Of a stretch of 64,000 nt of DNA, positions 10,001 to 20,300 are shown one piece after another. The DNA lies in contig CBDCXR010000004.1 of NCBI GenBank assembly GCA_965223845.1, positions 3,712,001-3,776,000 of the forward strand. Direction: 5' to 3'. Source of the stretch: Planctomycetota bacterium. Lineage in GTDB: Bacteria; Planctomycetota; UBA8108; SXIK01. Under the pieces are notes generated by a model. It was not told the DNA's origin. It worked only from the letters and a program-made list of their open reading frames with translations, and ran no database searches. Every line of letters starts with the position of its first letter. Positions within the stretch are counted from its first letter, which is position 1. A program made the position numbers and the translations under genes.

Positions 10001-10581
10001 TCTCCACCCCGGACGAAGCCGAGCAGGTCTTCGTCCGCGATCTGCCGGCGACGCTCCACGTGCTCGCCGAAGACGCGAAGATCCAGGTTGAGTTCGACGA
10101 AGACGTCGTCCGGCGCTATCGCCTTCTCGGCTACGAGAACCGCGACATCGCCGACCGGGATTTCCGCAATGACCGCGTCGACGCGGCGGAGGTTGGACCC
10201 GGGACGACGGTGACCGCGCTCTACGAAATCGAGCGTCGTCCGGGAGGTCACGGCGCGCTCGGTCGCGTTTTCATTCGCTACCGCGACGCCGCGACCCGTC
10301 AGATCGACGAGCAGTCGACGCCGCTTCCACCCGGCGTGCTCGCAGCGGCGGCGGGCGACATCGATCCGTCGCTTCTCTTCATCGCCTGCGCGGCGGAAAC
10401 GGCAGAGCTGCTCCGACAGAGCTACTGGGCGCAGAACGGATCTTTCGCGGACGTCCTCCAAGTGCTCGGCGGGCTCGATGAATCCTTCCGGACCCGGAGG
10501 GAGTGGCACGAGCTCATCGAGCTCCTCGTCCTCGCGCACAACCTCACGGTGCGGGGCATCCTCAGCGAGGTCGGCCGATGA
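7006..10581 (+). CDS. Anti-sigma-like domain + TM + long linker + vWA/YfbK (vWF_A, VWA, DUF3520-like) fusion
   Basis: ATGA overlap with sigma; LLTAYLFGDIS...EVERELASS; TM near aa 125-143; STFSMDVDTASF, VRVEEFVNYF, MIDAS DTSGS, YRLLGYENR, VTALYE. Confidence 0.85.
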   Translation: MNRRTRRDETAGGRTRQGGRGSLRHSEYLLTAYLFGDISRAGRAEVERELASSDELQAEYEALAATRDLVRDALLAPEECEDDGSADDGTGESAGKGDPPSFAAERFQVLATQRRAKRRRARQVTLASVASVAATIVVAGLLFPTLQSGRDESYRYLQTEPAASTPATVASADVDEYLVAPARAGGKPGKSKRARGEGAVGVNRATGFQAVAGSDNRGLGEVEDVEFYDVETPAISNVSRAAPKLQEFDEKGIELAAGTELSGAVGLRESKKNSAPADGDRNSRITADDGKRSSARAPLSREPRPDAKDDWFEREADDADDDFAAGAASDLSYYRRDSAPESSVAPPPPTGIHVPVQKRKREQHAPLKDELAGADQQGRAAGGQRGQSTLELESRTRTTEKAPELEGRESARQYMVVRPPPDEVSAEVPLGTDFDSLSNNRVERDPNEASSRWGTRGAGAGRRLGGGEGGGGGVRNFSTPRQVERSLGGEALVADLGVTKQGAAEVTDESGVDGGAAGARVDRIRGRGVAERELERFGVEKQLEEQLRQVPNARDIAQLKELRAKKPALRSETEEDVTRFDDRLAATNEEKAEAEPSKANDGLYDSSPSSGEARAKNDALAISAQSRAGGREAPDASTLVVRAAELADLPELGRQFTGVHGSWAYRPIDDGRHLWPRYEGKRSAESERLLRGFRYYRSLDQQLTFGNYATQLEGGRALVVPAPSIGDEGLGRDGFRVRYGVNPFVETTRDRQSTFSMDVDTASFTRARERLRAGTLPDPSTVRVEEFVNYFPSACGGDSERPFAICVSGGPAPFGEGLDLLRVTIKARELRPDERPRVVLTLAVDTSGSMHSERSFDLARTALASLVEALEPDDQIGIVAYNTSAYVVLPHTPVREAKRIAGALDALVPRGGTNLENGLSLAYRLADEVRRPRAINRVILCSDGVSNVGAREPEEVLAKVKVYAKRGIYLSVVGFGGKKYNDRFLERISGEGNGNYSYVSTPDEAEQVFVRDLPATLHVLAEDAKIQVEFDEDVVRRYRLLGYENRDIADRDFRNDRVDAAEVGPGTTVTALYEIERRPGGHGALGRVFIRYRDAATRQIDEQSTPLPPGVLAAAAGDIDPSLLFIACAAETAELLRQSYWAQNGSFADVLQVLGGLDESFRTRREWHELIELLVLAHNLTVRGILSEVGR

Positions 10582-10811
10582 TCCGGCGGCAAGTGGAACG
10601 GAGCGACCATCCCAGCGGCGTTCTGCGCCGCGTCGTTGTTCGTGACGCGTCCGTTACACACGACGACCGAATCTCGTTGTCTCATCCGATGAGGGCCGGA
10701 CGCTCGTCCCGTACCGCGGCCGCGCACAGCGAATCGATCGCCGCACCGTCAAGCACTGCACCAGAACCACGAATCAAGATACACCGAGAGCGAACTCAGA
10801 GGAGTCCCACC

Positions 10812-13800
10812 ATGCGTCTCTCCGCTGCGTCGAAGCCTACCGTTCCCGCGGCGATCGCGATGGCGATTGCTGCCCTCCTCTTTGCGCTCCCGGCGCAGGC
10901 GCAAGAGCCTCCTTCCGATGCGCCGCCGGAACCCACACCAGCGGCCGAGGAAGGCACTACCGAAACTTCCGAAGTACCGGACGCTACCGCCATCGATCGT
11001 CTCCGCGAAAAGACGATCTACGTTCCCTACGAAAAGCTCGAGGAGGTCTTTGAGAAGGAGGGGCGCGGGATCTTTCTTCCTTACGAAGAGTTCCTGAAGC
11101 TCTGGGCGAGCTCGCTTCCGAAGCCGCCGACGCCCGAGAAGCCGACGCTTCCGGCCGCGGCGGTCATCCGTTCCGCCGCGTACGTCGGAACCGTCGAGGG
11201 TGAAGCGGCTCGTCTCACCGCGACGTATCAGCTCGAAGCCCTCGCGGAGGGATTCAGCGAGATCGCGCTTCCGCTCGATCGCGTCGCCGTCGAGTCGATC
11301 ACCCTTTCGGATGATCGCGCCCTCCTCGTTGCGACCGGCGGAGGATACGCGGCGATCCTCCCGGGTCCGGGACGGTACGAAGCGAAGCTCGAGATCTCCG
11401 CTCGGGTCACCAAAGAGCCCGGCAAGAAGTCGGTCGCTTTCGGAATCCCGCCGACGGCACTGTCGCGCCTCGAGCTAACGATCGCCGAGGCGGGCGCTCG
11501 CGTGAGTGTCGATCCCGCCGCGGCCGTTCACCAAGTGACGCACGAAGCCGAAACCACGAAGCTCGTCACCTTCCTCGGCAACTCGCCGACCGTCGCGGTC
11601 GAATGGCTGCCTCCCGCGGGTGCCTCGCGCGAAGAGGGCGCGGTCCTCGTCGCGGAGCAAGCGATCCACACCCACCTCGGTGAGCGGGTCCTCACGACGT
11701 CGTCGACGATCACGTACTCGATCATCCGCGGCGAAGAAAGCACGTTTCGCGTGCGCATCCCCGAGGGAATGCGACTCCTCTCCGTGCGCGGAGAGAACAT
11801 CCGCGAGTGGTCGCCGGTCGACGAGGACGGCGCATCGTTCGTCGACGTGGAGTTGCACGGCCCCGTTCAAGGAGCTTACGCGCTCGAGCTTCGCTTCACG
11901 CGCATCCTCGCCGAAACGCCGGAGACGCTCGCGATTCCGTTTCCCCGCGCCGAGCGAGTGCTCCGGGAGTCGGGGCACGTCGTCCTTGGACACGAGAGCG
12001 ATCTCCACGTTCGCGTCACCAACACGACGGGGCTCAGTCAGCTCGACCCCGGCGAGATTCCACCGTCTCTTCGGAATCACAAAGGCGTCGGCTTCGAGTA
12101 CCTCGCCCATCCGCTCGCGCTCGAGCTCGCCGTAGAGCGCATCCTTCCGGTCGTCCGCGCGAATACCGTATCGGTGATTTCGCTCGGAACGGAAGAGGAC
12201 ACGTGGATGGGTTGGGTCGACTACACCATCACGAAAGCCGGACTCTTCCGTCTCGAGATGCGCGTCCCCGAGCGGTGGAGCGTCGCGAGCATCGGCGCGC
12301 CGAATACGGTCGACGAGGACTTCCAAGTCGGCGATCCGACCGATGGGAAGAAGACGATCACCGTCAGTCTCCGCGCAAAGGCGCTCGGCGCGTTTCGTCT
12401 GCCGTTTCGTTTTACCGCAGAAGGTTCCGTGCGCCAGAGCGGCGAACGCTCCGTGTCGCCTCCGGAAATCCTCGGCGTCGAGCAGGACCGCGGCCTCCTC
12501 GGCGTGAGCACGCCGCGCGCCTACGATCTCGTCACGGTGAGCAAGGCCGGAACGCTCGACGCCGACGTCGACGATCTCTTCCGCTCGGGAATCATGAGTC
12601 AGCTCGGTTCGGAGACTGGCGTCCCGCGGGCGTACCGCTACCGCGCTCAGCCCGCCGCGGCGACGGTCTCCGTAACAGCGAAGAACACCGAGATCGACGT
12701 CCTCGCGCAGCACCTCGTCGAGGTCGCCGACAGCGCGATCACGACCACGCACGTTCTCGACTACAACATCCTCTACGCTGCCGTCGACACGCTTCGATTC
12801 ACTGCACCGGCGACGCTCGAGAACGTTTCGGAGAAGGTGCAATCGGAACACTTGAAGGAACTCCGATCGGTGTCGACCGAGGGCGGCATCACCACCTGGG
12901 AGCTCACGCTCCAATCGCCGACGCTCGGCGGGGTCAGCGTGACTCTCACGCACGAAATCGACCTCAACGCGCTCGAGTCGGGCCGTCCGGTCGAGAACTC
13001 GATTCCGCTCGTTCACGCGACCGACGTGCGCGCGGAGCGCGGCTTCGTCGCGATTCAAAAGAGTGGCACGCTCGAGATCGTCGCGACGACCGCGGAGATG
13101 GAGTCGATCGATCCGACGGATCTCCCGGAGAAGCTCCGGCGCGGCTCGATCTACAGCGCGTTTCGCTATCTCGCCGAGAATCCGACGATCAGCCTGCGGC
13201 TCACTCAGTACGAATACGAGACGCTCGCGACGACGGTGGTCAACCTCATTCACATCCGGAGCGTGCTCACGCCCGAGCGGGAGCTGAAAACGCAGGCCAC
13301 TCTCGTCGTCCAAAACACGGATCGCCAATACCTCGAAATGCGTCTCGCACCGGGCGCGGAGATCTTCTCGCTTCGCGTCGCGGGAAAGACGCAGCCGCCG
13401 AACAAACGGCGGAAGGACACGGACCACCGCCTCATTCCTCTTCCCCACGGAACGGGAACCGGCGCGAGTTTCCCGGTCGTTCTCTCCTACTCCGAGCCGC
13501 TCGGCAGCGAAGCCCTCGGCGCGTTCGGAGAGCTCGAGCTATCGACGCTCGAGATCCTCGGTGACGTGCCGGTCGCGCGTGTCGAGGTCGACCTCTACCT
13601 TCCGCCGGACTACGCGTATCTCTGGTGGCGCGGCAACCTCGGTCGCTACGCGATGCCGGGCCTCTGGCCGAGCTTCAAGGGATTCGTCGCACAGTTCACC
13701 GACACGGCCCACGCCGTCGGCCGCCCAGCCACGCCGACGCCCCCACCGGTCGGCGCGACTCCGCCCGACGCTGTCGCGCTGGAGCTCCCCGTGCGCGACC

Positions 13801-14336
13801 TCGAACCGATTCGCTTCGAGACGCTTTCGCCCCAGGGCAAGCTTCGCTTCGCGTTTGTCGGGCGCCGCCTCTTCACGTTCGCCGAACTCGCCGCGTTCGT
13901 GCTCGCGTTCGGGATCGGCCTCTTCTTCATTCGCAAAGCTCGCTGCTCCGCCACGAAGACCTGCGCCGCACTGATCTTGATTCCGCTAGTCGCTGGCTGG
14001 TTCACGACGAGCGCCGTCGCGGAGGTCTACACGTCGGTGTTCGCCGGAGGCGTCCTTCTCGCGTTCGTCGTAATCGTTCAGAGCATGGCGAGCGGCGTTC
14101 GCGCCTTCCGCGAACGTCGGCGCGCGCTCGCACCCGATCCGTTCCTCGAGGATGTCGAGGACGAGGGCGGGGCAGACGAAACGACGCCCGATAGCGACCC
14201 GCGCGACACTCCTGCCGGCGGCGAGCCCGCATCTCCCAGCGCGGAAACGCCCGATGCGCCCGCCAAGCCGGCGACAGACGCCAAGGACGATCCAACGGAA
14301 CGCCTCCCGAAGCCGGGCGAGGAGGGACTCTCGTGA
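10812..14336 (+). CDS. Giant exported/membrane hypothetical protein (module A, ~1174 aa)
   Basis: GAGGAG RBS then ATG 10812; signal peptide ending AQA-QE; beta-rich ~180-aa repeats; ~3 C-terminal TM segments and an acidic tail. Confidence 0.85.
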   Translation: MRLSAASKPTVPAAIAMAIAALLFALPAQAQEPPSDAPPEPTPAAEEGTTETSEVPDATAIDRLREKTIYVPYEKLEEVFEKEGRGIFLPYEEFLKLWASSLPKPPTPEKPTLPAAAVIRSAAYVGTVEGEAARLTATYQLEALAEGFSEIALPLDRVAVESITLSDDRALLVATGGGYAAILPGPGRYEAKLEISARVTKEPGKKSVAFGIPPTALSRLELTIAEAGARVSVDPAAAVHQVTHEAETTKLVTFLGNSPTVAVEWLPPAGASREEGAVLVAEQAIHTHLGERVLTTSSTITYSIIRGEESTFRVRIPEGMRLLSVRGENIREWSPVDEDGASFVDVELHGPVQGAYALELRFTRILAETPETLAIPFPRAERVLRESGHVVLGHESDLHVRVTNTTGLSQLDPGEIPPSLRNHKGVGFEYLAHPLALELAVERILPVVRANTVSVISLGTEEDTWMGWVDYTITKAGLFRLEMRVPERWSVASIGAPNTVDEDFQVGDPTDGKKTITVSLRAKALGAFRLPFRFTAEGSVRQSGERSVSPPEILGVEQDRGLLGVSTPRAYDLVTVSKAGTLDADVDDLFRSGIMSQLGSETGVPRAYRYRAQPAAATVSVTAKNTEIDVLAQHLVEVADSAITTTHVLDYNILYAAVDTLRFTAPATLENVSEKVQSEHLKELRSVSTEGGITTWELTLQSPTLGGVSVTLTHEIDLNALESGRPVENSIPLVHATDVRAERGFVAIQKSGTLEIVATTAEMESIDPTDLPEKLRRGSIYSAFRYLAENPTISLRLTQYEYETLATTVVNLIHIRSVLTPERELKTQATLVVQNTDRQYLEMRLAPGAEIFSLRVAGKTQPPNKRRKDTDHRLIPLPHGTGTGASFPVVLSYSEPLGSEALGAFGELELSTLEILGDVPVARVEVDLYLPPDYAYLWWRGNLGRYAMPGLWPSFKGFVAQFTDTAHAVGRPATPTPPPVGATPPDAVALELPVRDLEPIRFETLSPQGKLRFAFVGRRLFTFAELAAFVLAFGIGLFFIRKARCSATKTCAALILIPLVAGWFTTSAVAEVYTSVFAGGVLLAFVVIVQSMASGVRAFRERRRALAPDPFLEDVEDEGGADETTPDSDPRDTPAGGEPASPSAETPDAPAKPATDAKDDPTERLPKPGEEGLS

Positions 14337-17300
14337 TTCGCTCAGGGAGAATCCTGTGCGTTCTGGTCGCGGCGTTCGCGGCTCCGCTCTCCGTCCGAGC
14401 AGATCAGGAGGCGGGCGCGAGTGACGACGCGTCCGCACCACGCCTCGTCCGCGAGATCTACGTCCCGCACGAAGTCTTCCGAGCGCTCGCGCGCGATCGC
14501 AAGGACGGCGTTCTCATGCCGCTCGACGAGTACCGTGCACTCGTGGCTGCCGCGACGGCAGCCCGGCCGGGCGACGAGCCCGAGCTTCCTCCGCTCGCGA
14601 CGGCCGTTCTCTCGGCCGATACTCAAGGCATCGTCACCGGGCGCACCGTGCGCCTCCGTACTCGGCTGAGCGTACGTGTTCTCCACCCGGGCTGGGTCTG
14701 GTGCGACCTCGGAATTCCCAATACGCCGATCGGAAGCGTCGTCGTCGACGGCGAACCCGGATGGCTCGTCTACGAGCGGCCGAGCGAGAAAGCGGCGAAG
14801 CGGCAAGCGACTTCGCGCAGCGGCCCGTTTCTCCTTCTCCGCGGCGTCGGCGAGCACCTCGTCGAGCTGACGCATTCACTCCCCACCGTCGAGTCCGACG
14901 CCGGTTCTCGCGTCGACGGAGAGCTCGTGCGCGCCGCGAGTGGACGCATCGAGCTAGAGATCCCGGGTCGCGCCGCGGTGACGTCCCCCACCGGTCCACT
15001 CTCCGCGGAAACGACGGGAGATTCGACCCGCGTCGTCCTCGGCGTCGGCACGTCGAGCGCGTTCACGCTTCAGTGGGAAGTGCGCCAATCGGCTAGCGAG
15101 CTCGGTAGTCTCGCCGCCGCGGAGCATCGCGTCGCCGCGTTCCCGCATCGCGGACAGCTCCGCATCCACTGGAACTCGAGGGTGACCGTTCACCGGCGTC
15201 CGCTCGACACCCTCGTCTTTCGAAACCCGGGAGCGGCGTCGATCTTCCGCGTGACGGGAAGCCTCGTCGACTCGTGGGAGCCTCTCGACACCGGCGCGCG
15301 CGTCTTTCTCAAGGAACCGGTCCTCGGCGACGTAAGGATCGCATTCGACGCTCTCGCCGACGCTCCAGGGGGGAGCGCCGAGGTGCGACCGCCGCAGCTC
15401 GAGGAGGCGTACGCGAATCACGGAGTGATCGGCGTACTCGCGTCCGCGCGCGACGCGCTCAGCATCGACACGACGGATCTCGTCGAGCTCGCCGTCGACG
15501 ATTTCGAGCTCAACTCGACCACGCTCGCAGCGATCAGCGGTACGTCTCCGCCCGCGCTCGAGCGCGTCTTCGCGTTCGGTTCGCCCGACGCTTCGCTTCG
15601 TGCGACCGCGAACGTCGCGCCGGCGATCGTCTCGGCGCACTCGTCCTTCGTCGCGCAGATCGCAATCGGATCGGTGCGGATCGACGGCCGAACGCGAATT
15701 CTCGTCCGCGAAGGGAAGCTCTACGAGATTCGCCTCTCGCTCGCCGAACCTTGGGTCGTTCGGCGCATCGCGCGTCGCGCGTCCGGCGGCGCCGCGAGCA
15801 CCGCTCTACCCCACGAAACGACGGGAGCCGGCGCCGAGCGAGGCGTCACGATCGAGCTCGCCTCCGGCCTCGGCCGCGGCGAGTGGATCGACCTCGAGAT
15901 TCAGATCGAGCACGCGGGCTTCGCCTCCGACGAACCCTTCGAGCGTCGGGAGGTCGAATTCGCCCTCCCTTCGCCGCGCGGTCTCGCGCATCAGCGAACC
16001 GACTTCGCGCTCCTTCTCCCCGGCTCGATGGATACCGAGACGACGGCGCTCCCGGGCTGGCGAGCACTCACGAGCGACGAGCTCGACGAGCTCGGATTTA
16101 GCGCGCGCGGTTTAGGAGAGAAGCTCGCCGCGCGCACTCTCGCTCTCGCGGTCTCGACCGACTCGCCGGATCCACGCGCCACCATCGCGATCCGGCAGCG
16201 CAGCAGCCGCGGCGAGTACCAAGTCGTCACGCACGTTCTCGCGCTCGAGCGGACGCTTCGCGTGCGCGCTGACCTCCGTGTCGTCGTCGTCGACCGCGCG
16301 ATCGAGGAGCTCGGGCTCGTCCTTCCGAACGGCGGCGGGGCGAACCCCGTCATCCTCGCGAACGATATTCGTGAGATCACTCCCGCCGATGCCGACGGCG
16401 TTCGCTCCGTTCGCTTTCGCCGACCGTGGCTCGGCACGCGACACCTCCGCGTCGAATACGAGACGGAGTCGACCTCGGGCTCCGCGGTACCGATCCCCGT
16501 CGTCGCACTCCGCGAGGACTTCGGCCGCCAGGGCTTTCTCGTCCTTCAGAGTCACGGCGCAGTCGAGGTGCAACCGTCGCCCGGCAGCGGACTCGAGTCG
16601 ATCTCGTTCGAGGACATTCCGGAATTCAGCGCGGCATGGAAGGTCGGACGTCTCCTCCGCGCGTTTCGCCTTCGGCCGCAGGGCGACCCGGGCACGTTCG
16701 CGACGATCGTCCACCCTCAGGCGCCCGTTCTCTCGCGGATCGCGTCGACGCTCAAGCTGAGCACGGTGATCGGTCGAGACGGGGTTTCGCGAACAATCGC
16801 TGAGATCCTCCTCGGCTCTCCCGGGACGCAGTATCTCGATATCGAGCTCCCGCCGGGCAGCCGCGCACTCTCGGTCGAGGTCGACGGCCGTCCGGTCCGG
16901 TCGGTCCGCCAGCCCGACGCGACCGCGTCGGAGTCGATCGTTTCGATCCCGCTCCCGTCGCGCAGCCACTCGGCGATCAAGCTCGTCTACGAGCGACTCG
17001 CACCGGCGGTCGACGCGAGCTCGGTCGCCCGCTGGGGACACCGAGCGTGGGAGGAGCTCGGGCCTCGCCTCGTCGACACGCCCGTCGGACGAACCGAATG
17101 GCGTCTCTTCGTGCCGCCGGACTTCCGCTTCGCGATCGGTGACACGAACTTGCTCGCGAAGGCCGACCGACACGCGCGCGGCGTGCCGGGGAGTTTCTGG
17201 GACAGCTTCGTCCTTCCGCTCGCGATGGGCCGGCGCGTCGTCTGGCCTCTCGGATCGCTCCCGACCGATCGCCGGCGGTTCGACGATGCGGGCGAGGTCG

Positions 17301-20300
17301 CGCTCGCAGCAGTCCGCGCACTCAACGACTCGAGCGAGCGGCAGACCGCCGTCCTCGACGTCCGGAGCGGAGGCTACGTGATCGAAGCGGAAAAGCTCGG
17401 CGGGGAACCGCGCATCGCGCTCGAGTTCTGGAGTCGACGCTGGGAAAACGCGGTCCGTCGCGCGGTCACGCTCTTCACGATCGCGATCGGACTCGTTCTT
17501 CTGCGACGCGTTCGCGGATCCGGGCGCCGATTCGTCTTCCTCGGCGCGGCGCTGGTCGTCGCGACGGCTCTCCCCGTCGCTCTCCGCTGGTCCTCTCCCC
17601 TTCTCGCATTGCCGATCGCCGAGGGGATCGCGCTTCTCCTCGCGCTCGCGCTCGCAGTCCTCGCACTCGACGTCGCCCGGAACCTGGTCGTCGGGTTCGC
17701 ACGGCGTTTGCGCGGATCGGGTGCGTCGCTGAGCTCGCTGTTCGTCCTCACCGCGCTCGGGTTTTCGGCCGGCACGCCGGCGACTGCGCAGGACGGGGTC
17801 CAGCCGGCGCCGTGGGACGGCGTCCTCATTCCGTACTCGGGCGACGCGATCCCGGGCGAGTCCGCGCTGAACGCGTTCGTTCCGGAAGAACGATTCCGCG
17901 AGCTCTGGCGCATGGCTCACCCCGAAGAGGCGCTCCGCCCGGACGATCCGAACGCGACGCCCGTCCCCTTCGTTGCCGGAGGCGTGCAGTACGATCTCAC
18001 GGTCGCGGATCGACGCGTTCGCATCGTCGGTCGATCGTCACTTCTCGTCCTCACGGACGAATGGGTATCGATTCCCCTCGCCCTCTCCGGACTTCAGATC
18101 GAGCGAGTGGCCGTCGACGGCGATCCGACGGGTGTGATCTGGAGCTCGGGTTCTCCCCGCCTGCTCGTCCGCGGCCGCGGAAAACACAGCCTCGAGCTCG
18201 AGCTCACTGGCTCCGTCGAGCAGCAGCTCGGCTCGTTCCGCCTTCGCTGCGGCGTAGCGGCGCTTCCGGTCGCGCTCCTCACCGCGCATCTCCCACCCGG
18301 CGCGTCGGTCCGTACGGGGGGCATCTCTCACCAAGGAATCGTCGACTCGCTCGAGACCGAGACTCGCCTCGAGCTCGATCTCGGACGCAACGGCCGCGTC
18401 GACCTCGATTGGTGGTTTCCCGGACAAAAATCCGCTGCGGGCTCCCGCATCGAGTCCGCCTCCTATTCGCGCCTCACTCTCGGCGTCGCCGGGATCGATG
18501 TTCACCGGCACGAAACCGTTTCGGTCACCGGCCAGGGGGTGACCGAGCTCGAGTACGAGATCCACGGCGACTGGCGGATCACCGATCTCACCGCGGACGG
18601 TCTCTCCGAGTGGAGCGTCGACGCCGGCGAAGGCGCTGAGCCCCGCCGCCTGCGTCTTTACTTCGCGACGCCGCTCGAAGCGATTCGATTCACCGTCGAG
18701 GGGCACGCGACAGCGGAGGCATCGACGACGCTCCCGACCCTCGAGCTCCGCGATGCGACTCGGCAGGAGATCTACGTCGGGCTCACTCACTCATCACGCA
18801 GTCGGTTCCTCCCCGAAAGCCTGAGCGAGCTGGAGCAAATCTCGGCCAACGAACCCGGTCGCGTGTTCGGAGTCGAGGAGGCATCGCTTCCGGTGCGCGC
18901 GTACCACGGATACGGAAGCGGTGCGGGCGCGACGCTCGCGATCGGCGCCGCTTCGACCGAACTCGCCGTCTCGAGCCAAGGCATCGCGATCGTCCACTCC
19001 GATCGGCTGACCGCCTTTGTACGCGCACGCTACTCGACAGCCCGCCCCGGTCCGCTCCGCTACGAGGTCGACGTCCCGGCGGGTTGGTGGATTCGGTCCG
19101 CGCGCTCACCCGCGCTTCGCCGCTGGGAAGTCCGTCCCGCGGCCGACGGCGTGCAGCGTCTCACCGTTCACTTCACTCGGCGCGCGGTCGCCGGTACCGA
19201 GGTGACCTGGGTCGCCGAGCAGCGCTTCGCCTCGCTCGACGCCGCCGCGCCGCTCCCCGATCTGCGGACCTCGATCACCGGCACGACTCCGGCGGGGACG
19301 AAGGACGTCGTCGAGTGGACGTTCGCTGCCGACGACGCGTGGCAGCTCTCCGCGACGGGAACGGACGAGTGGGAATCGACCCGCGTCGACGGTTCGGCGC
19401 CGTGGATCGAGCTGCCCTCCGCGGTCTCGTATCGGTTCGGCTATCGAACGCGGCGCGCCGTGCCGCCGCCCACGCTCGGAGCCGTGCGGCGCGCGAGCCG
19501 CCTGAGCGCGACGAGCGTCAGCTTCGTCCGCATCGCCGAGGACTACATCTACGTGAACGCTCGGCTCGTGCTTCGCGTTCGGTTCGCCCCGCGTGAGATG
19601 TTCCACCTCCGGCTACCGGTCGGCGCGGAGCTCGTCAGTCTCGACGTCCGCAATCAGCGCTCGCGAGCGATCGCGGACCGCGATGTCCGCTTCTCGATTC
19701 AGTCGACGAGCGCGGGCGAGCACACCGTCGATCTGACGCTTCGCATCGCGCGAACCGGAGTGCAGTATCCGTCGATCGCACCGATCGAGATCCTCGACGG
19801 TGATACCGTGCTCGAGGCCGTCGACGCGTTCGTCGGCGTCGTCCAAACCGCGAGCTCGCTCGTCGGCGACCGCAGCGCGGTCGGGCTTTCACCCGTCGAC
19901 GCCGAGGCGTTTCCGTTCGTTCCGCAGGGCGTCTCGCCGCAAAGTCTCCGCCCGGCGTACCGCGCTACGGGAGTCAATTGGAATCTCGTCCTCCAGGAAC
20001 AGGAGATCGAGCAGTCGGAGGGTCTGGCCGCAATCGTCAAGCTCGCGGAAGTGCACACTGCCATCGGTACCGACGGGATTCGCCGATCGGAGGCGACGTA
20101 CGTGCTCAGCAATCGGCGGCTGCAGTTTCTCGTGGTCGATCTCCCCCCGGAGGCGACGCTGTGGGGAGTGACGCTCGATGGCTCGCCAGTGTCGGTCGGG
20201 CAAAGCGCTTCGAGCACGACGCCCGGCTTAACGATCGAGATCCCACTCGAGTACGTGGGCAGTGCCGACCTCGACCTAGAAATCGGTGTCCGCTACGAGG

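Noticed and set aside
10503-10811. N-terminal 103 codons of the ORF-track call 10503..14336
   Set aside because: Overlaps the upstream gene; the RBS and signal peptide point to ATG 10812
11475-17920. Long alternative ORFs (11475-13448, 11807-13564, 16112-17920)
   Set aside because: Off-frame or antisense to the giant genes; Arg-rich composition typical of non-coding frames
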